NCBI RefSeq assembly: GCF_006345805.1
Contig: NW_021832563.1
Span: forward strand, 31,811 to 95,810
Source: Octopus sinensis
Lineage: Eukaryota
Direction of reading: 5' to 3'
DNA length: 64,000 nucleotides
Each line of letters starts with the position of its first letter. Positions within the stretch are counted from its first letter, which is position 1. The position numbers were made by a program, and so were the translations under genes. Of the stretch, positions 12,590 through 24,815 are shown piece after piece. Under the pieces are notes generated by a model that did no database searches, was not told the DNA's origin, and saw only the letters and a program-made list of their open reading frames with translations.

Positions 12590-13260
12590 GCATGCACGTT
12601 GACAGTTGCTGTATTGGATCCATTTCTCATCATATGTTAGAATTCGATTCAAAAATGATTAATTTTTGTGACGAGAAAGTAGCATAATGCAGGCTTCCAA
12701 ACGTTGCTGTTTCTGATTTTCATTGAGTTCATGTGGAACCCACTTATCCAACCTTTTTCCTTTACCGATTTAAACTAGGTAAGTCAATATTGTTTGCTTG
12801 TTAACACCAAACAACTTGAGATGGATCTGACTCGACAGTAGCTTTCAGTTTGTCATTATCCACCTTCGTTTCTGGTCGACCGTGTTGCTCATTTGTGAGG
12901 TCAAAGTTACCAGAACGAAATTTTGCGAACCAATTTGGTACTGCCTGCTGTGTAATAACATTGGAATGAAATACTCCATTGACATTCCGAACTGTTAGTG
13001 ATGCTGTTTTTCCAAGAAAGAACACATATTTCAAAACTGTACGAATTTCCGACTTATCCATCTCTAAACAAAAATAGCAAACAAAAAGAAAACCGATTTA
13101 TAAATACTTTATAAAGTGCAAACTGAGTTAGAACAAAGAAATAGATGTGTCAGCTTTCTAACAAAAAACAAAGATTGCCAAAATATAATAATGGCGTAAA
13201 ATGAGCAGCTGTCAAAATTTACCATATACCTTACTACAAATTTCATACTTGGCGACCTAA
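12590..13260 (-). pseudogene. 5' half of a mariner transposon (degenerate transposase)
   Basis: MDKSEIRTVLKY..WFAKFRSGNFDLTNEQHGRP (helix-turn-helix), then KWVPHEL and TYDEKW in shifted frames; TIR-like end ...ggcgacctaa-TA. Confidence 0.88.
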
Positions 13261-13564
13261 TAATTATACGTATATACACATGTTTTAAACGTGTATGTAC
13301 CAGAATTTTTTAAAAAATGCTTATTAAATTCTGTAATTCTAGTGAAAACAAGGTTATGGGTGTATGCAACAACGACGATGTAGTTGGGCGAAAATTCGTG
13401 TTCGATAGGATCAAAGAACTTTAAAAATCTAATTAATTAATAAAGCAATCAATTACTATGTTAATCATTTAAATAATTCATTATAAAACTCAGGTGGCAT
13501 GCAGCCAGCGCGTGTCTTTTATTGGCAGAAAGAGCTTCCCAAATCTCTCTCTCATTCCCTCTCC

Positions 13565-13569
13565 CTCCC

Positions 13570-13640
<71 letters not shown>

Positions 13641-13690
13641 GTCTGTCTATCTGTCTGTCTGTCTGTCTCTGTCTGTCTGTCTGTCTGTCG
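13565..13690. repeat. (TCTA)n/(TCTG)n microsatellite
   Basis: Direct repeat reading. Confidence 0.95.
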
Positions 13691-13792
13691 TTCTATCTGT
13701 GTATAACGTTAAAAGAACTAATACCAAAAAATACAATCGCTTTCGTTTATCCATTAATTTGTGTATGTATATCTATATAATTATATATGCAA

Positions 13793-13824
<32 letters not shown>

Positions 13825-13902
13825 AAGCATATATATATGTATATATATATATATATATATGTATGTATATATAAACATGTAAATATGCATACGTATATAA
13901 GC

Positions 13903-13935
<33 letters not shown>

Positions 13936-14358
13936 CATACGTGTGTGTGTATTTATACATATATATATATACAAATATTTGTATATATATATAAATATAT
14001 GTATAAATAGACACACACACACGCACACATATTCATTTAATTGTCTCTTTATCTTCCAGCAAGGCGGTTACAGCGGTGTCGGTTGATTAGCGGTACGGGG
14101 CATAGGTGTAGCATAAAAAATGACTCGGTTACCAAGAGGTAGCTATACAATGATACCCTGGTTACGCAAACATTCATTGCCCTCTGACCCATAATCCATA
14201 GCTAAATCTTCTTCTAAAACCGGACACCTGGAGAGAATTTAGCGGGGCTGAAAATCATTATCACCTGAACACACGCGTACCTGTGCAGCCTCGTACACAT
14301 TGTTTTTCCTCGCGATCCTATTTAGGTTAATATCCCCAAAGCACACATGTTTATTTAT

Positions 14359-14437
<79 letters not shown>

Positions 14438-14580
14438 TGTGTATGTATTTATGTATGTATGTATGTATGTATGTATGTATGTATGTTACATATACATACA
14501 TATTTATATATTTTCTTTTATTCTTTCATTTGCTTCATTCTGTCAATTCTTCGAATGGTATATCTCTGTTCCATTTATAT

Positions 14581-14991
14581 ACTCTTACTCTTTTACTGTT
14601 TTACTTGTTTCAGTCATTTGACTGCGACCATGCTGGAGCCCCGCGATTTCGTCGAATAAATCGCCCCCAGCACTTATTCTTTGTAAGCCTAGTACTAATT
14701 CTATCGTACCCTATTGCCGAACCACTTTGTTACTGGGACGTAAACACACCAACATCGGTTGTCAAGCAATGGTGGGCTAGAGAAACACAGACATACAAAT
14801 AGACACACATACACACACACACATATACGACGGGCTTCTTTCAGTTTCTGTCCATCAAATTCATTCACAAGTCTTTGGTTGGCTCTAGGCTATAGTAGAA
14901 AACACTTGCCTAATGTACCACGCAAGGGGACTGAACCCGGAACCATGTGGTTGGTAAGCAAACTTCATGCCACACAGCCACTCTTTCACCT
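14581..14991 (-). mobile_element. tRNA-derived SINE (family B)
   Basis: Matches the family B consensus seen elsewhere in the window. Confidence 0.9.
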
Positions 14992-15043
14992 TTATACGTA
15001 CAAACATACATACATACATATATACATATATATTACATCATAC

Positions 15044-15097
<54 letters not shown>

Positions 15098-15098
15098 C

Positions 15099-15141
<43 letters not shown>

Positions 15142-15176
15142 ATATATATGTATATTATATATATATATATTATATA

Positions 15177-15215
<39 letters not shown>

Positions 15216-15254
15216 TATATAATATATACACCACATATATATTATACATATAGC

Positions 15255-15300
15255 AAAACTGTCTGATGAACGGCAACGAGAAACTCAGAGTAACAGATTT
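15255..15300 (+). ncRNA. Minimal type I hammerhead ribozyme motif in a Penelope-like remnant
   Basis: ctgt-CTGATGA-acggcaacga-GAAA-C-tcaga-GTA-acag: stem I ctgt/acag, stem III ACTCAGAGT nearly palindromic, stem II only 2 bp. Confidence 0.6.
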
Positions 15301-15411
15301 TGTTGAATTTTCTGCTGCTTAAAATAAGCATATTACTCTACCACTGGTATTTGAGTACTCTTTTTTCACCTTGTTTCACATTTATGTGTTTACTCCACTC
15401 CGGTATATATA

Positions 15412-15499
<88 letters not shown>

Positions 15500-15782
15500 G
15501 TAGATATATCCTCTTAACTTTTGTTTCACTGCGGCGCAGCTGGAGTACGTCTTCTAAGGTTTTACTTGATAAAAAAGAACTCAGTTCTTTTTTTTAACTC
15601 TGATACTTGTTCTATCAATTTCCTACCCTAAAAAAACCGCTAAGTAGTTACGGTAATGAAAATTAAGCAATACCGTGTCTGAGGGTGTCGGCGACAAAAA
15701 AGCACAAAACAACCACGTGTATTTATAACATATGTATATATATATATATATGTAATACATATATATATACACACACACACAC

Positions 15783-15851
<69 letters not shown>

Positions 15852-16177
15852 AGCCCTAATTATATAATGTAAAATTTTGAATTCGCCTTAAACGGTCCTT
15901 TTACATACTGAACACTTGGTGAAATTGATTAATTAATTAATTTTACCCTCAATTGTTGATATTATAATTCATTTCTTCGGTCATACTGCCTCGGTTCTCG
16001 CGGTTAAAATATAATGTTTGCTAGATAGACCACGTGGGTGGAAGCGGATTGAAGAAATTTACGCCTGCGCATTTTGAATTTGTTGACACTGTTAGTCGGA
16101 GTGGTTCATCTGAAGCGATAACTTCGCTGATAGGTAAAGTTCCTTCTTTTTAGTGTTTCCAATCCAAATTAAGAAAT

Positions 16178-16240
16178 TTTGAGCTGACGATAGAAATGCT
16201 GATTTTATTTGGCTAATCTTGAAACGTTGACGTACTCAAA
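16178..16240 (+). ncRNA. Type I hammerhead ribozyme, array 1 copy 1 (cleavage predicted after 16234)
   Basis: tttgag-CTGACGA-[30-nt stem II]-GAAA-cgttgac-GTA-ctcaaa; 6-bp stem I; stem III ACGTTGACGT is self-complementary; the base of stem II is a U-U mismatch. Confidence 0.8.
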
Positions 16241-16740
16241 CGATCTATGTACTTGTGATATTTTTCTGTATTTACCTCCAAACCTTCGTGGGCTGTCTAG
16301 AGTAAACATTATCTGAGAGAAATTTTCTTTAAGTTGTAGAAATGCTAAGAAAATTTTTTTTGGCTGCTATTTCTACTAAGTTCAGTATGTGGCAAAGTAA
16401 TTTATTTTACTAAGCCCTAATTATATAATGTAAAATTTTGAATTCGCCTTAAACGGTCCTTTTACATACTGAACACTTGGTGAAATTGATTAATTAATTA
16501 ATTTTACCCTCAATTGTTGATATTATAATTCATTTCTCTCGGTCATACTGCCTCGGTTCTCGCGGTTAAAATATAATGTTTGCTAGATAGACCACGTGGG
16601 TGGAAGCGGATTGAAGAAATTTACGCCTGCGCATTTTGAATTTGTTGACACTGTTAGTCGGAGTGGTTCATCTGAAGCGATAACTTCGCTGATAGGTAAA
16701 GTTCCTTCTTTTTAGTGTTTCCAAATCCAAATTAAGAAAT

Positions 16741-16803
16741 TTTGAGCTGACGATAGAAATGCTGATTTTATTTGGCTAATCTTGAAACGTTGACGTACTC
16801 AAA
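16741..16803 (+). ncRNA. Type I hammerhead ribozyme, array 1 copy 2 (cleavage predicted after 16797)
   Basis: Same motif as copy 1. Confidence 0.8.
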
Positions 16804-17291
16804 CGATCTATGTACTTTGATATTTTTCTGTATTTACCCCCAAACCTTCGTGGGCTGTCTAGAGTAACATTCTGGAGAAATTTTCTTTAGTTGTAGAAAT
16901 GCTAAGAAAATTTTTTTGGCTGCTATTCTACTAAGTTCAGTATGTGGCAAAGTAATTTATTTTACTAAGCCCTAATTATATAATGTAAAATTTTGAATTC
17001 GCCTAAATGGTCCTTTTACATACTGAACACTTGGTGAAATTGATTAATTAATTAATTTTACCCTCAATTGTTGATATATAATTCATTTCTCTCGGTCATA
17101 CTCCCTCGGTTCTCGCGGTTAAAATATAATGTGCTAGATAGACCACGTGGGTGGAAGCGGATTGAAGAAATTTACGCCTGCGCATTTTGAATTTGTTGAC
17201 ACTGTTAGTCGGAGTGGTTCATCTGAAGCGATAACTTCGCTGATAGGTAAAGTTCCTTCTTTTTAGTGATTCCAAATCCAAATTAAGAAAT

Positions 17292-17354
17292 TTTGAGTTG
17301 ACGATAGAAATGCTGATTTTATTTGGCTAATCTTGAAACGTTGACGTACTCAAA
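17292..17354 (+). ncRNA. Type I hammerhead ribozyme, array 1 copy 3, C3U core variant
   Basis: Core reads TTGACGA instead of CTGACGA; the remainder is identical. Confidence 0.65.
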
Positions 17355-17592
17355 CGATCTATGTACTTGTGATATTTTTCTGTATTTACCTCCAAACCTT
17401 CGTGGCTGTCTAGAGTAAACATTATCTGAGAGAAATTTTCTTTAAGTTGTAGAAATGCTAAGAAAATTTTTTTGGCTGCTATTTCTACTAAGTTCAGTAT
17501 GTGGCAAAGTAATTTATTTTACTAAGCCCTAATATATAATATATATATATATATAATATATATATATTATATATATATTATATATATATGAA

Positions 17593-18617
17593 CGAGAGGT
17601 GCTCATTAAATATTTCTTCTGACCCACGTCAACATATTGCAGGAAACGCTATTTGTGCAGGTACAATCATACATAAATTGCACTTTTCCACTATTAATTC
17701 TTTGTCTTTTACGGCTGCTGAAGTGGACAAAAGTGCTATAATGGGGGCAATTGAATAGAGATCAGTGATCAGGCTCTTATACTTGAAAGGTCGTACGCCA
17801 AAGGAGACCTTCGATGAAATGAAAGAATTTTATGGTGACGATGCAGCATCATATGATGTAATCAAGCACCGGCATCACCAGTTCAAATGCGGTTGGATAT
17901 CGGTGGAAACTACTCTTATTCCTGGACGACCACATTCCGCCATTGATGACAACAGCGTCCATAATGGGGAAGTCGTTATTATGGGAGATCACCGCGTAAC
18001 TCCTGGGCAACTAGAAATGAAGCTAAGTGTGGGGTCCGTGGAAAAATATCATTCTCGGTCATTTGTATATGCATGCTGATGTTGTCTGTACGGTGGATTT
18101 CCTGGATGCTCATACCTTTTCAGAAGTAGGAACGAGTCAGTTGCGCCCAGGATCTTTTGACACATGTGCCAAGAAAAGGTCTTTTTCGTCAGACATATCA
18201 CACAGGGTCCATCACTATGATCCTGAGACTAAACTCCAGTCGAAGCAATGGAAGCTTGATAACTAACCACAACCAAAAAAGGCTCATGCCCAACCCTCAG
18301 CAGGCAAGGTGATGCTCACAGTGTTTTGGGACCAGCGCGGAGTAGTGATGATGGATTTTCTGGCAAATGTACCACAATTAATAGGGAATATTATGCTTCT
18401 CTGATGCAGAAATTGCAGGGCGCCATCAAAGCAGAGGTGCGGCATGCTGACCAAAGGAGTCAAACTCCTCCGAGACAACGGCCCAGTTCACAATGCGCAT
18501 CTTGCCCAGATGAAGGCATACTCCTGCAGCTATGAAATCCTTCCTCATCTCCTTACTCTCCCGACTTCGCACTATTTCCTCATCTCCTTACTCTCCCGAC
18601 TTCGCACTATTCCTCAC
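17593..18617 (+). pseudogene. Degenerate mariner transposon, 3'-truncated
   Basis: RSVIRLLYLKGRTPKETFDEMKEFYGDDA (HTH), HHYDPETKLQSKQWK, GKVMLTVFWD, LLRDNGPVH and PYSPDFA across frameshifts; about 35-bp duplication at the YSPD motif. Confidence 0.9.
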
Positions 18618-18619
18618 CT

Positions 18620-19175
18620 ATATGGTGGCTGCCCCCTCGTTATCGAGTATGGCCATTGCACGAAGCTTAACCAATGTTGTTATCGTGCAATGCCTGTGCA
18701 AGAAGATTTTTTTTTAAAGTGAGGAAAGGCTGTGCACTGAGTCAATCCCACTCACTAAGCAACAGCAGCCATAATCCGAAAAGAAGAACAAATCAACATC
18801 ATCGGTAACCGCTGAGCCGCAGGTTTTATGTCGGAGTTATCCCAGTTACCCGAGTTACCTTCTCCTAGAAGGATGCCCTAACAAAAGCTAGGAGTCCTTC
18901 ACTTCCAATGGTTTAACCGCGCAATCGGGTATTCAGTCCGATTATTTCTATGTCCCCGCGCATGATATATCCTTAAGACATTTATTGGATGGCCGTTGAC
19001 TCTCAAGAGTCTCTCCGCCCTTTAACGGGTTTTGATTTTCATCCCGCAGGGTATCCAATAAACACCTTCCTCACCAAGCATGCTTGGTGGGGTTGCCGGT
19101 TTAGTCGCCGACGACCAGACCATGCAACAGGTTGTACTGGGTTACATGTTACCAGTAGCACTCGAAAGTGACCTG
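18620..19175 (-). mobile_element. Probable 5' UTR fragment of an RTE-like LINE
   Basis: Hairpin-rich, GC-balanced block; the minus strand contains ttagggcatccttctaggagaaggtaactc, recalled as resembling RTE 5' regions. No ORF confirms it. Confidence 0.4.
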
Positions 19176-20154
19176 ACATACGCATACATACAAACATACA
19201 TACACACATACATACGTACATACGTACAAACATGCATACATACATATGCTTGGTTATACATGTACATTTATGTATGCATATATGTACATGTAAAATGCAT
19301 GTGTGTGTTTGTATGTATGTATGTATGCATGTGTGTATGTATGTATGTGTACATGTATGCATGTGTGTATGTATGTGTGTATTATGTATCTGTGTGTGTG
19401 CGTATGTATGTGTTTGTATGTATGTCTATGTATGCATGTATGTATGCATGTGTGTATTATGTATCTGTGTGTATGTATGTGTTTGTATGTATGCATGTAT
19501 ATGTGTTTGTATATATGGGTGTTTGTATATATGGGTGTTTGTATGTATGGATGGATGAATGGGTGTCAACTTGAAAAATTCAAACCTTTATCTCTCCACA
19601 TCCATTGATGTGTATATAATTCAAACCTTTTACTTAAATAATATACACCGTAGAAATGTAGGCTCCTATCAGAAAACACAAGTAATTGTACAGGCATGAA
19701 CATTAGACCCCCCCACCGCCATACATACATATATGCATACATGCTCACATATGGATACGTGATTGGATACATGCATATATACGCACACATAAACAGACGT
19801 ACGTATATATATATATATATATATACATCTGTAATATATATAAATGCGCATGTATATAGATATATATAGATGTGTGTATGTGTGTGTTTGTGCGTGTGTG
19901 TGTGTGTGAGTGTGTGTGCGTTTATTTACATATGTATACACGCATGCACACACTAACACGCGCATACACACAAACATATATAATTTGAAAAGACAGATGA
20001 GAAAGGAGAAAAAAAGGACGCATATCAGAGAATAAACGGGAATGAAAGGATGAGAGAAGCGAGAGACGAAAAGAGAACAAGATGGCGATTGTTGGAGTAG
20101 GAGAAAAGGCGGGAAACTCAGGAGCGATATTCAGAAGAAGAAGAAGACGAAGTG

Positions 20155-20222
<68 letters not shown>

Positions 20223-20662
20223 AGGAATACGAAGGGCGTGAAAGAGAGACTGATGCAACGGGGATGGTTGATTATGATGAATAAATTCATTGAATATATC
20301 TGTGAATACAATTCGAAAATAAAAGCATGAGAACGCCTTAAACACTTGCGGAGACACAACTCCATGTGTCAACCAGCGTTCTAGCCCGGATTACAGAAGC
20401 AGACAAATGTGTCTGTATATACGTGTGTTTGTGTATATATATGTATGTCGGTGTGTGTGTGTGCGTGTCTATATATATTAGCCAACTACATATATACAAC
20501 GTCATTTATCTCTACATATATGCATGTATGTATAAGTATTAGTGTACGGACGGATGTATGTAGGTGGTGGGTGTATGGGTGTATGCTTGTATAAATGTAA
20601 GTAAATATATACATACATAATATATAAAATATATCTCTACATATATATAACAATATACATAC

Positions 20663-20693
<31 letters not shown>

Positions 20694-20813
20694 ATAAATA
20701 TATATCTATATATATATATGCAGTTTAATAGATATGCAGCATGAATATATACAAATGTATACGCAGTGTATATATAAGCGTTATATATATGCAATATATA
20801 TATATTTATATAG

Positions 20814-20844
<31 letters not shown>

Positions 20845-21189
20845 ATATATATAAAATATATATATATATGCATATATATATATGTGTGTGTGTCTCTGTG
20901 TCTGTGTGTGTGTGTATATACACGCATCGCCCAGATAAATGAACAGCCAATTTGTAATAAGTATTGTCAAATGGTTTCTCATTAATGGAAACATATAGGA
21001 AAAAAAACAACAAAACACATTTAATTAACATACATAGATACGTAAGACACACGTGCACATATATATAACATATACCTTTATATAGTTTCATATACATACA
21101 TATAAACTTAGATACATATACATTTATACATGTACATATATGTATGGATATATATATATATGCACACACACATATATATATATATATAT

Positions 21190-21255
<66 letters not shown>

Positions 21256-21622
21256 GTATTATGAGTATATGTATATATATGTACGTGTATAAGCAGAGAG
21301 AACAAAAGGACTGCGATGGAAATATAAAACAATGAGCAGGTTGGTGGGGAGGCGGTTAGTTCCAAGAAATAGGTGAAGGACAGGGAGATGGTGCGAGGAA
21401 TGGAGGTGGAGGTGTAAAGGAAGGTGGGGGAGAGAATGTCAGGGAGAAAGAGAGAGATGGAGGGAGAGAGGAGGGAAGGAAGAGAAAGTGAAAGTGAAAG
21501 GGAGAGAACGGGAAAGAGAGAGAGAGAGAGAGAGAAAGAGCGAGCGGTGGACAGATTGATTGTGACAATAGGTCTGACTGCTACGGATGTTTTCAATTAA
21601 TAAACGCTTATAGAATATAATC

Positions 21623-21670
<48 letters not shown>

Positions 21671-22077
21671 GTGTGTGCTTGTGTGTGTACACATTATATA
21701 TATATATATATATATACATACATATATATACAAATATATACATTATATATATGCATATATATATATATATATATATATATACATGAATATACACATATAA
21801 ACATATATACATACATAAATACACACATATATATGTGTAAGTATATATATATATATATATAAATATGTGCATCTGTGTGTGTGTAACTCCCTTATGTGTA
21901 CGTATATTTACATGCATGTGTACATGTAAATATATAGTGCTACAAATATATATACATTAACACATATATTTGTGTATATATATATGTATATATATTATGT
22001 GTATTTATATATATAGATATATATATGTATATGTATGTATATATGCACATGAGCATGGATGTATATATATATATATT

Positions 22078-22123
<46 letters not shown>

Positions 22124-22128
22124 ATATA

Positions 22129-22170
<42 letters not shown>

Positions 22171-22914
22171 CATACACGTGTGAGTGTGTATCTATATGTG
22201 GCTGTACCTGAGTCTATGCGTATGTTCGTGTGAGGAAAGACATTAAAAGTGATAGCAATAGAGAGAAAGAGACATGGAGCAAGATTGAGGAGGAAGAGAT
22301 GAAGGGAAAGACAGCGAGAATAGGAGAGGGGGGAGAGAATGAAAGAAGCACAGCTTAACATAAACATAACGTGCAAAGTGACCAAATGATAACGACACAC
22401 ACAGACACACACACACACACACGTATACATACATAGAGAAAGATAGAAAGAAAGAAATAGAGACGTTGACTGAATCAAAGCGTAAAATGAAGAATTTACC
22501 GAATTCTATGAAAAAGACATACTTGTAAAATATATTTATATTTTTACGAGATCAAAACGACGCTTCGTCGTTGCCTTAACAAAGGCCAAAAGATCTTTCG
22601 TTATGGCCTCTTTCAAGTGTAAACAACTTATTGCCATCTTTGATATCAAATATATAGTCTTCGCAAGCGTTCAGGTGTTTCCACACACCAACACATGCAA
22701 GTCGTCATTCACGCAGCGACGCACACCATATTTACGTACGTATGAGTGTGTCTTTGCATGTGAGTATGTGTGTGTGTGTAATTTGGAATGCAAGTTGATG
22801 ACTGTAAACAAGGAAAGAAAACAAAAACAAATTTTTTTTAGTTACTAAAGTGCAAAGGAGCAGAATATAACACGATGTTTAATTGAAGTTGGAAATTCAG
22901 AGACCTACTTACAG

Positions 22915-22933
22915 TAATAATAATAATAATAAC

Positions 22934-22967
<34 letters not shown>

Positions 22968-22997
22968 TAATAATAATAATAATATAATTATTATTAT

Positions 22998-23043
<46 letters not shown>

Positions 23044-23071
23044 TTATAATAATAATAACAATGATGATGAA

Positions 23072-23122
<51 letters not shown>

Positions 23123-23174
23123 ATGATGATGATGATAATAATAATAATAATGATGATGATGATTGATGATGATG

Positions 23175-23221
<47 letters not shown>

Positions 23222-23245
23222 TATAATATAATAATAATAATAATA

Positions 23246-23280
<35 letters not shown>

Positions 23281-23353
23281 AATGATGTTGATGTTGATGA
23301 AGATGATGATGATAATAATAATAATAATAATTATAATAATAATGATAGTAATA

Positions 23354-23384
<31 letters not shown>

Positions 23385-23440
23385 TGATAGTAATAATAGT
23401 AATAATAATAATAATAATAATAGTAATAATGATAGTAATA

Positions 23441-23504
<64 letters not shown>

Positions 23505-23518
23505 TAACAATAATAATA

Positions 23519-23551
<33 letters not shown>

Positions 23552-23585
23552 TTGATGATGATGATGATGATAGAAATAATAATAC
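22915..23585. repeat. (AAT)n/(GAT)n compound microsatellite
   Basis: Direct repeat reading. Confidence 0.95.
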
Positions 23586-23964
23586 ATTCTTGGTTTGAAT
23601 TAATACATACTCATGCACGCATGCACGCACGAACCCACAAGCACACACACACACACACAACACACGCACACATACATACATATGCACGATAAATTTAAAG
23701 TTCTCAAAAAGGAGAGCTATATTGTGTGAGTGTATGTATATCGTGTGTGTGTGTATGCACATATATCTCTGTGTGTTTGTGTTCGTGTGTTTGCGTGTAA
23801 ATGCATGTGCGTTTGTGCGTGTACCTCATGTAATCTTGTTAGTATTCCAGTAAAACGTAGGAAATTAACTATATTCAAGTCAGTGGTGTTTGTCAATTTT
23901 ATGTTGAAGTCACTAAAAGTGTTGACTCTCTTCTCTATTTCGCCAGGATCGCATAGTAATAACT

Positions 23965-24263
23965 GACTCTCCGTCGGTTACGACGACAATGGTTTTAATT
24001 AATACAATCTACGGAAGAACCTGCTCATAAAATTAACATGCAAGTGGCTGAGTACTCCAAAGACATGTGTACCCTTAACGTCGTTCTCGGGGAGATTCAG
24101 CGTGACACAGAATATGAAAAACCAGACCTTTTAAAACACAGACTGAACTGGAGCAACGTGAAGTAAAATATCTTGTTGAAGGGCACAATGCGCCATCAGG
24201 TATCGATCTCACGACTTTACGATCGTTAGGCGAATACCCTAGGCACTAAGCCACGCACCTTCA
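23965..24263 (-). mobile_element. Degenerate SINE (family C/D chimera)
   Basis: Family C tail (ccgtcggttacgacgac, caagtggctgagtactcc) joined to a family D-like body and head (cactaagccacgcacct). Confidence 0.75.
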
Positions 24264-24473
24264 CTCGCGTACTCATACGACTGTCCGTCGTCTCCGTTAG
24301 ACCCGATTTTATATTTATGAATATTTTCCAAAATTTGTCGGGGAAATACATAACTATGAGTTTTATATATCTCTTCATTTTCGAACAATTGTCCGATAAC
24401 GAGAAAACGATTTGGTTATATGATTTCTTTAAATCCAGGAATACTTTCTGTTAATAATTAAAATTTCTTTGTG

Positions 24474-24684
24474 GGTGTCGAGCTGGCAGAATCATTAGCA
24501 CGCCGGACAAAGTACGTAGCGGCGTTTCGCCCGTCTTTCCGTCCTCTGTTCAAATTCAGCCAAACTCGACTTGCCTTTTATCCTTTCTGGGTCGATAAAA
24601 TAGGTACCAGTGGAGTACTGGGGTCAATGTAATCGACTTACTCCTTCCTCCGAAAATGGTTCCTTGGGCCAAAATTTGAGTCAA
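24474..24684 (+). mobile_element. SINE family A
   Basis: agctggcagaatcattagcacgccgg..gttcaaattc..gggtcgataaaataggtaccag. Confidence 0.85.
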
Positions 24685-24685
24685 G

Positions 24686-24815
24686 ACTATTGAAAAGGTT
24701 GCAAGACGCAACGAAAATTTTAGGAGAATAAAAATAAGAAATAAGTGGAAATTTTACCGGTGCGTGTGTTAAATCATAAGGCACAAAAAGAAAATGACTC
24801 TCCCCAGACACAACA
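24686..24815 (+). repeat. Interspersed repeat also present twice (inverted) at 51575-52175
   Basis: ctattgaaaaggttgcaagacgcaacgaaaattttag..gtggaaattttaccggtg..gactctccccaga matches 52049-52175 and the reverse complement of 51655-51795. Confidence 0.8.

Larger units (their letters stand above)
15851..17540 (+). mobile_element. Tandem array 1: 3 x about 557-bp hammerhead-containing non-coding unit (retrozyme / non-autonomous Penelope-like) in (TA)n
   Basis: Unit starts (aagccctaat) at 15851, 16412, 16967 and 17524. No ORF of 60 aa or more in the track. One hammerhead per unit; (TA)n on both flanks. Confidence 0.85.

Noticed and set aside
15851-17540. CRISPR array or simple satellite interpretation of the tandem repeats
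   Set aside because: Units are about 560-600 bp with no repeat-spacer alternation, the context is eukaryotic and there are no cas genes; the ribozyme per unit and defined ends fit a retroelement.
22560-22700. Cluster of Sox (AACAAAG), Fox (TGTAAACA) and TCF (CTTTGAT) motifs
   Set aside because: Short AT-rich motifs are expected by chance; no conservation data are available to support an enhancer.
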